This document shows positions 18,358 to 27,169 of a stretch of DNA of 64,000 bases, in pieces (position 1 is the stretch's first letter; each line of letters starts with the position of its first letter). The notes under the pieces are model-generated. The model ran no database searches. It was not told the origin of the DNA and saw only the letters and a list, made by a program, of their open reading frames with translations. This DNA is from a virus. Lineage: Duplodnaviria > Heunggongvirae > Uroviricota > Caudoviricetes. The stretch is from positions 123,133-187,132 of IMG/VR virus record IMGVR_UViG_3300031417_000403; one strand, given 5' to 3'. The position numbers and the translations under genes are program-made.

Positions 18358-19200
18358 ATGCAAACATTCAAACAATTCCTTCTTGACGACACTCGCAAAT
18401 CTCGTACGCAGGTAGTTGACGTCGATACGTTCATCAAGTGGGCAACCAAAAACTCGCTCCGATATTTGTCGGGCAAACAATTCCTGTATCGCGGCGGATC
18501 GGGTGATGCAGCAAGAGGCTTGCGTCTGGGTAACGCTGCAGGCGAGGGCATCACACCTCGCGAGAGCGCGAACACCCACAACAACTATACATTGTGGATT
18601 GACAATCATCCATCATTTGATGGTTGGCCTAAACGCTCCCTGTCTTTCATCGGAACAGACGACCGCGACGTTGCTGATGGTTTTGGCGGTGCAGCGCTGT
18701 TGGTTCTTTCCGATAACGCAAAGGTTGGTTACTGCGGTGTGAACGATCTGTGGGAAACTGAACTGGCTCCGATTGGTATCACGATCGAAGAACTCAACGG
18801 CATGACGCAGAGCATCATTGACAAGCGAATCAAGACGTATGACGAACTGGTTGATACCATGAAGCAATATGACCTTGACGACGTTCGTGCCGAAGTCAGT
18901 GACTGGCATGGCGGCGAAGAGCTGGTTGAAACAATGCACAAGCGCGGTCTTGAAACGCTGTATGACGTATGGGAATTCCTTGTCAAGCCTGACATCTTTG
19001 CCGGTCAATCGCGTGGTGCTGACGCAAGTAAACAACACGCAAACGGCGAAGTCTGGATTCAAGGCGAAGTGGGATTCATTCCTCACGGCAGCCGGCTTTC
19101 TGAAGACGATAAGAAACGCCTGATGGAATGGGCTGAACAGTTCGATAATTTCCCAGAAGAAATCGAGCATCACTGGGGACAGGACGCGTATGACTACTGA
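18358..19200 (+). CDS. capsid-targeting-leader protein, ADP-ribosyltransferase-like paralogue 1
   Basis: MQTFKQFL; LYRG, RESANT, PKRSLSFIGT, ADGFG, GEVW. Confidence 0.6.
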   Translation: MQTFKQFLLDDTRKSRTQVVDVDTFIKWATKNSLRYLSGKQFLYRGGSGDAARGLRLGNAAGEGITPRESANTHNNYTLWIDNHPSFDGWPKRSLSFIGTDDRDVADGFGGAALLVLSDNAKVGYCGVNDLWETELAPIGITIEELNGMTQSIIDKRIKTYDELVDTMKQYDLDDVRAEVSDWHGGEELVETMHKRGLETLYDVWEFLVKPDIFAGQSRGADASKQHANGEVWIQGEVGFIPHGSRLSEDDKKRLMEWAEQFDNFPEEIEHHWGQDAYDY

Positions 19201-21124
19201 TAAACTCCCACAACCACGCACGACCATTGCAGAATGTGTTGACGCGGCAGGTTCATTCAACAGCCCAATCACGCCGAACTCTGGCTTACCGTACATTCCG
19301 CCGCTGAATCCTGGTACAATTACCAATCCGCCTCAAGGCGGTGGAACGTACGTGCCTCCGGAATTCTGTGGTGGTACATTCCGCATCACGCAGGATGCTT
19401 GCTTCGGAATCGAAAACGTTTATCAGGATGCACTGGCCTCTGAGTCCCTGAATATCTCTGGCGCACCGCTCAACGTGTTCAAGCTGCTCGGCAACCACGA
19501 ACAAGGCAAGCTGATCGACTTGGTTGGCGCTGGTCGTGCAATCGGTTCGAGTATTGGCGTCGCAAACATCTTCGACGAACTGGCCGAAGGCTGGACGAGT
19601 AGCTTCAAGGGCCTTGAGGTTCTTCAGAAGCCTGCGTTCATTGGTTACGACTTTGGCATTCGCATGACCTCGTTCGGTCAACCAGAGAATGCACCAGGCG
19701 CGCCGGACGCGCAGCACATCACGAGTTTCCGAATCAAACAGGGTTCGGACCCGAACACTCGCGCTCTGCAGGTTCGTGTCGATCGTTCCGATGGTAACTT
19801 CAGCGTCGATCCACTGAAGATCATTGCGAATCCTCCTCGCACCAGTGGCGGTGTCGGCGGGTTCCATCAGGGCATAAACTCGCGTCACGGTGCCTTTATG
19901 CTATTCGCTGAATCCGCAACCAAGTTTACCGTTATGTTTGCTGGGAGCAGCACATCCACGATTCTTGGCGAAGCAACGGTTGGCGTACAGTTCAACTCGC
20001 CTGAAGGTTCATTCACGATTAACCCAAGCTCTGTCCCGTACAAACCAGGTGACTCGTTCATGGTGCCGGTCGACATGGAATGGAAACGGGTTGACGTCGT
20101 CAATCTGCCAAACATCGATGCACCGGCTCTGATCCGCATCAAACAGTCTGCTGCTTCGCGCTACTGGAGGATTGTGCCAACGTCGTTTGCTGGTGCCGCA
20201 AAAGATCAGCCATGGGTCGTCGACAAGCTCGAGCTGTTTGACTTCCAGGCAACGAGGCTGGATGACATCCAGGACCCGCTGTTCATGGAAAATCGCGATC
20301 GCGACTACGCAAAAGCATCGATCCAGATTCGTGCCGCATATACACCGTTCGACGCTGTGTCCGATCTGTCCAAGTTCGGATTCCAGATGGCCGACATCTA
20401 TTCGTTCACGGTCTCGTTCGCTGACATGGTTCGCGCACTTGGCCGTCCAATCGTAATTGGTGACGTCCTCGAAGTTCCATCAGAAATGCAATGGGACCAG
20501 AACCTGCGTCCGGTTCGTAAGTTTCTTGAGGTCATCGATACCGGTTGGGCAGCAGACGGATTCACATCTGGCTGGCAACCTGTCATCTTCCGCTTCCAGG
20601 CACAGCAGCTGATTCCTGGTCAAGAGCACCGTGATCTGCTCGGAACCGTTGACACGCAGAAATACATCACTGACGACTTCCGATTCTTTGAAGGCACTGA
20701 ACAGATTCAAACCGCTCCGCTCACTGTCACTGAAGCGAACGAAGCCGAAGCAGTTCGCGCTGTTCCAGAAAAAGGAACCAACATTCGTGAGCAAGCATCC
20801 GGCACTAACCGCTTCAACCAGCCTGGGTCCTATGACGGGGTCGGCCTGTACGTTGAGGACGGCCTGCCACCAGATGGTGCACCGTACGAATCTGGATTCA
20901 AACTGCCTGACGTTGCCGGACGTAAAGATGGTGAGTTTTTCCGTCTCGAGTATCCACCACAGCAAAATATCGCTGCACGCCTTTACAAGTTCTCGATTGT
21001 GAAGAATGCATGGCAGTATGTTGAAACAGATCGTCGTGCTCAACGTTCAGCACACCGACCAAGCCAGCTGGCCATCCTGAATCTGGATACCACATTACCA
21101 CCAGGAAGCAAAAAGATTCCATGA
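19190..21124 (+). CDS. neck protein, T4 gp14-like, with large internal insertion
   Basis: ESLNISGAPLNVFK at the N-terminus and DLSKFGFQMADIYSF...RPIVIGDVLEVP; position between gp13 and gp15. Confidence 0.7.
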   Translation: MTTDKLPQPRTTIAECVDAAGSFNSPITPNSGLPYIPPLNPGTITNPPQGGGTYVPPEFCGGTFRITQDACFGIENVYQDALASESLNISGAPLNVFKLLGNHEQGKLIDLVGAGRAIGSSIGVANIFDELAEGWTSSFKGLEVLQKPAFIGYDFGIRMTSFGQPENAPGAPDAQHITSFRIKQGSDPNTRALQVRVDRSDGNFSVDPLKIIANPPRTSGGVGGFHQGINSRHGAFMLFAESATKFTVMFAGSSTSTILGEATVGVQFNSPEGSFTINPSSVPYKPGDSFMVPVDMEWKRVDVVNLPNIDAPALIRIKQSAASRYWRIVPTSFAGAAKDQPWVVDKLELFDFQATRLDDIQDPLFMENRDRDYAKASIQIRAAYTPFDAVSDLSKFGFQMADIYSFTVSFADMVRALGRPIVIGDVLEVPSEMQWDQNLRPVRKFLEVIDTGWAADGFTSGWQPVIFRFQAQQLIPGQEHRDLLGTVDTQKYITDDFRFFEGTEQIQTAPLTVTEANEAEAVRAVPEKGTNIREQASGTNRFNQPGSYDGVGLYVEDGLPPDGAPYESGFKLPDVAGRKDGEFFRLEYPPQQNIAARLYKFSIVKNAWQYVETDRRAQRSAHRPSQLAILNLDTTLPPGSKKIP

Positions 21125-21747
21125 TTACATTTAAGCAATTTCTCAGTGAACAAGAAGCATTATCGTTTGCAGTCCTCATTCGCAGGGACTGCAAACAATT
21201 CCTCGAAGAATCAGAGTACGGAGGATTCATTCTCCGTGGTGTGAAAGGCCTGTCTGATATTGAATCGCATACTGCGCTCGATGCGGAAGGCAATGAGATG
21301 GAATATGGAATCAAAACTGTTCGCCAGGATCGTAAGCCTCTTGACTTCACGCTCCTACGTTCTGAAATTCTGGATGAATGGTTCAACGATAAGTTCGGCA
21401 TTCGTGCACGCTCGCAGTGCATGTTTGCTGGCGGCAACAGGATAACGACTGCGGAACTGAAACACTACGGAACTCCGTGCGTTGTCTTCCCAATCGGTGC
21501 ATTCAAGTATGTGTGGTCGCCAGAAGTTGGTGACCTGTACGGCAAGATGAATATTCCATGGGGTGATAAGACCTCAGAGCAATGGACAGAAGAAGCACGT
21601 GCATGGCTTGACAAACAGCATTATCAGACAGATGGTCTGGCACAGGCTGTCAAGACCAACAACGAAATCATGATTAAGTGCGATCGTTATTACGCGTTCC
21701 CAATCGAATACCAGGAACAAATGAAGCAAGCACTCGGCTTTGCCTAA
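21121..21747 (+). CDS. capsid-targeting-leader protein, ART-like paralogue 2 (GIRARS subfamily)
   Basis: MITFKQFLSE; ILRG, DRKP, FGIRARS, HYG, NEIM. Confidence 0.6.
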   Translation: MITFKQFLSEQEALSFAVLIRRDCKQFLEESEYGGFILRGVKGLSDIESHTALDAEGNEMEYGIKTVRQDRKPLDFTLLRSEILDEWFNDKFGIRARSQCMFAGGNRITTAELKHYGTPCVVFPIGAFKYVWSPEVGDLYGKMNIPWGDKTSEQWTEEARAWLDKQHYQTDGLAQAVKTNNEIMIKCDRYYAFPIEYQEQMKQALGFA

Positions 21748-21777
21748 TAAATAGCTGGATTCTGAGGAGAAACTAAA

Positions 21778-22566
21778 ATTATAAACCATTACTTTTATCA
21801 CGGCCAGCTGCGTGCGTACATTCTGCAATTCGTTTCGCTTTTCCACGGACTGCAAGTACAGACCGGTGTAGGCGAATGCGGCGATCCTGAATTTATCAGC
21901 GTGCCTACTGTCGTCGGTAACAAGGACCGTGTCGTCGCAGGCATCATGTCCGGCAACACACAGAACCGCGTTTTCTCTCTGCCAACTATGTCTGCGTACA
22001 TGACAGGCCTTGCACCAAACGATGAACGTCGTCGTGCCTCGGGATTCGTCCGTCAAGATGTTACAATGAAGACGGGCGGAATATTTCCGGATGACTTGAC
22101 CGTTGTCAAACGCGTCATGCCTGTGCCGTATGATATGACACTTGAGCTTTCGATCTGGGCGTCGAACACCCAGCAGATGCATCAAATTCTTGAACAGATT
22201 CTCGTTCTCTTCAACCCGGACATTCAGATTCAAAAGTCGGATGGACCGTTTGACTGGACTCGTATCACCAACATTACGTTGACCGACATCGGCAACGAAG
22301 AGAACTATCCATCAGGCACTGAACGTCGCATGATCGTTTGGACTTTGTCCTTCATCATGCCAATCTATCTTGGAATCCCGATGGGTGTCAAAGACGACTT
22401 GGTCCGCAAGGTTATCATTCAGCTTGGCGACCTCAGCACGATGGGAACGCTCGAAGTCGGGGAGGACGGAAACCTCCAGCCATTCGGCGACGCGTACGGT
22501 ACCATCGAAATTACCGACCGCGATCCAGCGGGACCTATTCCACCCCAACCAAACGAGATGCCATGA
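21778..22566 (+). CDS. tail terminator / sheath stabiliser, T4 gp15-like; probable ATT start
   Basis: YFYHGQLRAYILQF...MPVPYDMTLELSIWASN...ILEQILVLFNP; no ATG/GTG/TTG between stop 21763 and 21901; GAGGAG 8 nt before ATT. Confidence 0.75.
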   Translation: MINHYFYHGQLRAYILQFVSLFHGLQVQTGVGECGDPEFISVPTVVGNKDRVVAGIMSGNTQNRVFSLPTMSAYMTGLAPNDERRRASGFVRQDVTMKTGGIFPDDLTVVKRVMPVPYDMTLELSIWASNTQQMHQILEQILVLFNPDIQIQKSDGPFDWTRITNITLTDIGNEENYPSGTERRMIVWTLSFIMPIYLGIPMGVKDDLVRKVIIQLGDLSTMGTLEVGEDGNLQPFGDAYGTIEITDRDPAGPIPPQPNEMP

Positions 22567-23075
22567 AACTGATTCAAGAAATTGTCGAGCAGGTCTATCT
22601 TGCCGAAAACAAAACCAGCAAGAACATGACGCGTGCCGAGAAGGATGCGAAGCGCGCTGCGAAGAAAGCTGAAGACCAGAAAGCTTTGCAGGCGGCAAGT
22701 GATCGTCTCAAGGCAGAGAAACAGGCGAAGCTGGACAAGCTGTATGACGGCAAGCCAATGACGATCAAGCTGAAAGTCTGGACGGACATTGATCCGAAGA
22801 CAGGCAAGCGTCGTTCGGAAATGCGTGATTTCACCATCGACAACATTCAGAAAGTTCGTGCCCAGTTCTCGGACGTTGAGCTGGTCGACATGCGCTACCT
22901 CGAGAACGCAGCAACCCGTGCAGAGACGTACGCCATCAAGCGGACTGATAAGCACTTCGTTGGTTCCATCCCGGAGTACATCTTCGATCTTCCGAAGCGT
23001 ACGCAAAAGAAAAAAGGTACTTCGCCACGTGACCTGCGTCGCGAAATGTACGTGACCAAAGATGACAAAAAATAA
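22563..23075 (+). CDS. basic hypothetical late protein (MKLIQEIVE leader)
   Basis: ATGA coupling within late operon. Confidence 0.7.
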   Translation: MKLIQEIVEQVYLAENKTSKNMTRAEKDAKRAAKKAEDQKALQAASDRLKAEKQAKLDKLYDGKPMTIKLKVWTDIDPKTGKRRSEMRDFTIDNIQKVRAQFSDVELVDMRYLENAATRAETYAIKRTDKHFVGSIPEYIFDLPKRTQKKKGTSPRDLRREMYVTKDDKK

Positions 23076-23751
23076 AACGTTCAGGCAGTTCCTGGAAGAA
23101 GTTAAGCCGCTCACATTCGAAGAACTCCTTCACGGGCCTTGCGTCAACTTCTTCAAACAATCCAAGCAGAATGGTTTGCTCGTTCGTGGCATGAGTGGGT
23201 ATGGCCAGCTTGTTGGTGAGATGTCTGTGGAAGGCAACGATCAGAAGTTCACGGTGTTCCGTAAGACAGTTCGCAAGGATCGTAAACCAATGGACACTGT
23301 TGGACCGTTGCACAAGATCATCGATGATTGGTTTGAGGATCACATGGGCATTCGCGCTCGTTCTGAAGCCGTCTTCTGCTTCGGCGAAGCGGCCCGTGAA
23401 ACTGCATACACTTATGGACAGGTTTGTGTTGTATTGCCAATCGGAAAGTTCACCTATGTTTGGTCGCCAAAAGTAAGTGACCTGTTCAATGATGTCATCA
23501 TGAACAAAATGCAGGATGGACGGAACATCAAGAAAGAATACATTGGTTCTGATGGCAAGCCAGATGAAGACGTGATCTACGCAGAGCTGGATGAACTCGG
23601 CTACACCATCAACGGGCTGGATAAGGCTGTGGCTGACGCAGTAGAAATCATGATCGATTGCGATGACTACTACGTCATCCCAATGCCAAACGATTATGAC
23701 AACAGGGAAAAGTTCCTGAACATTTTAAAGAAGGCGTTTGTACACGCATGA
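23062..23751 (+). CDS. capsid-targeting-leader protein, ART-like paralogue 3 (GIRARS subfamily)
   Basis: KTFRQFLEE; LVRG, DRKP, MGIRARS, TYG, VEIM. Confidence 0.6.
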   Translation: MTKNKTFRQFLEEVKPLTFEELLHGPCVNFFKQSKQNGLLVRGMSGYGQLVGEMSVEGNDQKFTVFRKTVRKDRKPMDTVGPLHKIIDDWFEDHMGIRARSEAVFCFGEAARETAYTYGQVCVVLPIGKFTYVWSPKVSDLFNDVIMNKMQDGRNIKKEYIGSDGKPDEDVIYAELDELGYTINGLDKAVADAVEIMIDCDDYYVIPMPNDYDNREKFLNILKKAFVHA

Positions 23752-24929
23752 TTACATTCAAACAATTCCTTGACGAAGCGCGCATGACCAAGAGTGTCTT
23801 CAGCAGCGCGATCGAACGACTGGGTGACGCGAAGCTGGGTTACGAACTCGAAATGTGGGTTCCAGAAACTTCTGGGTTCCTGATCGTGAAGGACGAAGAA
23901 TACATTGGTGACTTCAAGAAGACGGCTGAAGAAGCGAAAGCCTCACTTGAAGATTATCTTGGCGTGGACGTTGTCGTTGGTAACTCTGATGACAAATGGA
24001 AAATCGTTCCAGACGGTTCTGTTCAGGGCCCAGACAATGGCGTCGGCATCGAAGTCGTATCGCCACCGCTGCCTGTTGCAGATGCACTCGACGATTTGAA
24101 GTCGTGCTTCCGCTGGATGGAAAAGAACGATCTGGAAACAAACTCCAGCACCGGCATTCACATTAACCTCTCGATCCCAGGTCTCAAACAAAAACTCGAT
24201 CCACTCAAGCTGATCCTGTTCATGGGCGAAGCACACGTGCTGAAGAGCTATGCTCGTGAAGCCAATACGTTTGCAACTAAACACTACAACGATTTGATCA
24301 GCGGCATTCAGAAATCTGGTCGCCCACCAAAAGACGCGAAGCAGCTTATCGATCTTGCCAGTGAGATGTTGCAGAGCGCAAAGTATCGCACCGTCAACCT
24401 TAGCAAACTCAGCCAGGGCTACCTGGAGTTTCGTACTGGTGGTAACGACAATTACCACAAGAAGTACAAGCAGATTGAATCGGACGTTGGCCGTTTTCTG
24501 ACCGTCCTCGAACTCGCTTGCGACCCTGATGCTGATCGTCAAGAATATCTGAAGAAAGTTGGCAAGTTGTTCGACGCTGCGAAGACTGCGAAAACTCAGC
24601 CGCCACCGGGTTACTATGCTGTTAGCAAGCCAGGTAGTTTGGAAGCTCTGATCGGGCCGACAATTCTTAATCTATTCAAAGCCAATATTCACGGTGAAGA
24701 TTACAAACGAGCAACGGAACGCCTGCGTCAAATCATGGATTCAACAGGACATGCCATTGCATCTGGACAGATTGATGAAGTCTCAGTTAAGGCAATTGCT
24801 GAATTCAAAGTATGGTTTTCACGTCTGAACAAAGGAAATCCTGGCGTATTGAAACAGATTCAGGATGACGCGTCTGCCGAGGAAAATGAGAATATCAAAG
24901 CATTCGTGAAGGCTTTTAATCTAAAGTGA
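23748..24929 (+). CDS. putative amidoligase (COOH-NH2 ligase / GCS superfamily) with capsid-targeting leader
   Basis: MITFKQFLDE; GYELE, WKIVPDGSV, IEVVSPPL, NSSTGIHINLS, KYRTVNL, YLEFR. Confidence 0.75.
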   Translation: MITFKQFLDEARMTKSVFSSAIERLGDAKLGYELEMWVPETSGFLIVKDEEYIGDFKKTAEEAKASLEDYLGVDVVVGNSDDKWKIVPDGSVQGPDNGVGIEVVSPPLPVADALDDLKSCFRWMEKNDLETNSSTGIHINLSIPGLKQKLDPLKLILFMGEAHVLKSYAREANTFATKHYNDLISGIQKSGRPPKDAKQLIDLASEMLQSAKYRTVNLSKLSQGYLEFRTGGNDNYHKKYKQIESDVGRFLTVLELACDPDADRQEYLKKVGKLFDAAKTAKTQPPPGYYAVSKPGSLEALIGPTILNLFKANIHGEDYKRATERLRQIMDSTGHAIASGQIDEVSVKAIAEFKVWFSRLNKGNPGVLKQIQDDASAEENENIKAFVKAFNLK

Positions 24930-24960
24930 TGCCATAGTTCCATGGAATCTGGCCCATCTT

Positions 24961-24968
24961 CATAAATA
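24961..24968 (+). promoter_or_regulatory. late promoter CATAAATA
   Basis: Upstream of tail sheath. Confidence 0.8.
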
Positions 24969-25023
24969 TGTTGATGAACAACCAGAGCAGCAGGTTATGC
25001 TGCCAATCCATAGGAGAAAAACA

Positions 25024-26883
25024 ATGGCAACACTGGTATCCCCAGGCGTCTCAGTCACTGTTACAAACGAGAGCTATTTCATTCCGGTGTCGGCATCGAC
25101 AGTTCCGCTTATCTTCCTCGCAACCAATGCAGGGAAGGTTCAGCCAAACGGTATCACACCGGCAGCTGGTACGCTTGAACACTCAGTTGTCCGCACTGTC
25201 ACTTCCGTGGCGCAGTCGCTCCAGCTTTACGGTGTTCCATCGTTCCGCCGCGATTCCGCAGGTAATGAATTCCACGGCGACGCACGTAACGAATACGGTC
25301 TGCTCGCGCTGAACAACTTCCTCGGTGTTGGTAACCGTGCGTATGTCGTTCGCGCAAACATCGACCTCGCAGACGAACCTGAAACCTTCCTCAGCATGGG
25401 AACTCCTGCTCTGACAGGTGCAGTTGACTTCCAAGGTCTTGGCACTGGCCAGCTTGAAAATGTAGCTGCAGCAAGTGCAAGCGTTCGCCCACAGATGTTC
25501 ATGGTACGATTCTCGTCACCATCTTCGTTCTCTGTATCGGGTGACAAGTCGGGCTATATCGGCTCAGGTAGTGTTGGGCTTCCGTTCACATCGAACTTCA
25601 TCAACTTCGAGCTGACAACGGGCGACGTTCCGTTTGCGTCAAATGACACGTTCATGTTCTACATGGACTATGCAGCAACGGCTCGTGGCGAAATGACTGG
25701 TAACGGACGCATCACGAATCTCGAAGCTGGCGCGCTGACTCAACCGCAAACATTCACGATCACATTCACTTCACCAACTTCGTTCGACGTTGATGGTACA
25801 GTAGCTGGCCCAATGGGAACTGGTCACGTCGGTGCAGACTTTGCCGACAGCCAAACCAACGGTCAAGTTCTCAGCTTCACCGCAGTGGCTGGAAATACCG
25901 CGTTTGCTGCTGGTGACGTATTCGAAATCGTTGCTTCGAGCGTAACTGTTTCGTCGCCACTCGGCGCAAATGATGCTGCACGTCGCGTTGCAATCACAAC
26001 CGCTCTGCAAGCCGAAATCAACAGCAACGTTGAAGTTCGTTCGTCGATGTACGAATACAACCTGATCCTCTGCCCTGGCTATCCAGAAGTTGTTGACGAG
26101 CTGCAAGCACTCTCTGTCGCAATCAAGGACGAAGCACTGGTCATCGCTGATACTCCAGGTAACATGTCGCCAGACCAAGTTGGACAGTGGGCTCTGACCA
26201 CTGAACGCTTTAACTCGGAATCAATCGCGTACTACTACCCATGGTGCCTGCAGTCGAATATGGACGGTCGTAACGTCCTTGGCGCGCCATCCGGCACTGC
26301 ACTTCGCACGATCGCCTACAGCGACAATGCGGGTTATGTCTGGACTCCGCCAGCAGGTGTTGCACGTGGTCTCGTATCCGGCGTATCGAAGGTTGGTTAC
26401 TTCAGCGGAACACCAGGCACTGCAACGACATTCGTCGACTGCAACCTGAACGACGGACAACGCGACTACCTGTACGAACCAGACAAGAACATCAACCCGA
26501 TCACGTTCTTCCCAGGACGCGGCATGTTGGTTTGGGGACAGAAGACTTCGGCACCAGCTGCTTCGGCAATGGATCGCATCAACGTGGTTCGCCTCGTGAT
26601 GTACCTGCGTCGCTCGCTGCGTAAGGGCGCACTGCCGTTCGTGTTCGAACCAAACGACCAGGTAACGCGCGACAATCTGAAAGCAGCAGCTGACGCTGTG
26701 CTGAATGACATCCTGATCAAACGCGGTTTGACGGACTATGCGACGTACTGCGATGAAAGCAACAACTACGGGGATCGTGTCGACAGGAACGAACTCTGGC
26801 TGGACGTTGCAATCAAGCCAACACGAGCAGCAGAATTCCTGTACATCGCGATCCGTGTGGTTGCGACAGACGCAGGCATCTGA
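25024..26883 (+). CDS. tail sheath protein (T4 gp18-like)
   Basis: MATLVSPGVSVT start; YYPW, VWTPPAG, INPI..FPGRG..VWGQKT, DRINVVRL, IKPTRAAEF. Confidence 0.95.
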   Translation: MATLVSPGVSVTVTNESYFIPVSASTVPLIFLATNAGKVQPNGITPAAGTLEHSVVRTVTSVAQSLQLYGVPSFRRDSAGNEFHGDARNEYGLLALNNFLGVGNRAYVVRANIDLADEPETFLSMGTPALTGAVDFQGLGTGQLENVAAASASVRPQMFMVRFSSPSSFSVSGDKSGYIGSGSVGLPFTSNFINFELTTGDVPFASNDTFMFYMDYAATARGEMTGNGRITNLEAGALTQPQTFTITFTSPTSFDVDGTVAGPMGTGHVGADFADSQTNGQVLSFTAVAGNTAFAAGDVFEIVASSVTVSSPLGANDAARRVAITTALQAEINSNVEVRSSMYEYNLILCPGYPEVVDELQALSVAIKDEALVIADTPGNMSPDQVGQWALTTERFNSESIAYYYPWCLQSNMDGRNVLGAPSGTALRTIAYSDNAGYVWTPPAGVARGLVSGVSKVGYFSGTPGTATTFVDCNLNDGQRDYLYEPDKNINPITFFPGRGMLVWGQKTSAPAASAMDRINVVRLVMYLRRSLRKGALPFVFEPNDQVTRDNLKAAADAVLNDILIKRGLTDYATYCDESNNYGDRVDRNELWLDVAIKPTRAAEFLYIAIRVVATDAGI

Positions 26884-26890
26884 TAAAGAT

Positions 26891-26915
26891 AAAAGGGACC
26901 GAAAGGTCCCTTTTT
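26891..26915. terminator. bidirectional Rho-independent terminator
   Basis: AAAAGGGACC-GAAA-GGTCCCTTTTT. Confidence 0.9.
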
Positions 26916-26919
26916 CGCA

Positions 26920-27093
26920 TTATGCGATGGTGATGTGCGGGTAGTGGATTTTTGCATATTGCACCACACCAGAATGCAGAGTGCACCCTTCTTCAGTGGT
27001 GTCGACGCAAGGCATGTATTCTTCGTCAGGGAGTGCCATCAAGAAATCGAAGTATTTGAGGGTTTGTTTTTTCTTGAGGTCGATGTTGGTCAT
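26920..27093 (-). CDS. small hypothetical early protein
   Basis: GGAG RBS, TATAAT at 27121-27126 on minus. Confidence 0.55.
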   Translation of the reverse strand: MTNIDLKKKQTLKYFDFLMALPDEEYMPCVDTTEEGCTLHSGVVQYAKIHYPHITIA

Positions 27094-27136
27094 GATTTGT
27101 TCTCCGGTTGGTATGGAAAGATTATACACCATCCAG

Positions 27137-27144
27137 CATAAATA
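27137..27144 (+). promoter_or_regulatory. late promoter CATAAATA
   Basis: Upstream of the beta-propeller gene. Confidence 0.8.
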
Positions 27145-27169
27145 TCAAACTGATTCACTTAGGAAAATT

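Noticed and set aside
24997-25023. Longer upstream starts from the ORF track (also 16383, 26981, 49430, 56556, 61649, 63097)
   Set aside because: They lie upstream of or across the promoter or RBS; downstream ATGs have proper Shine-Dalgarno or homology-consistent N-termini.
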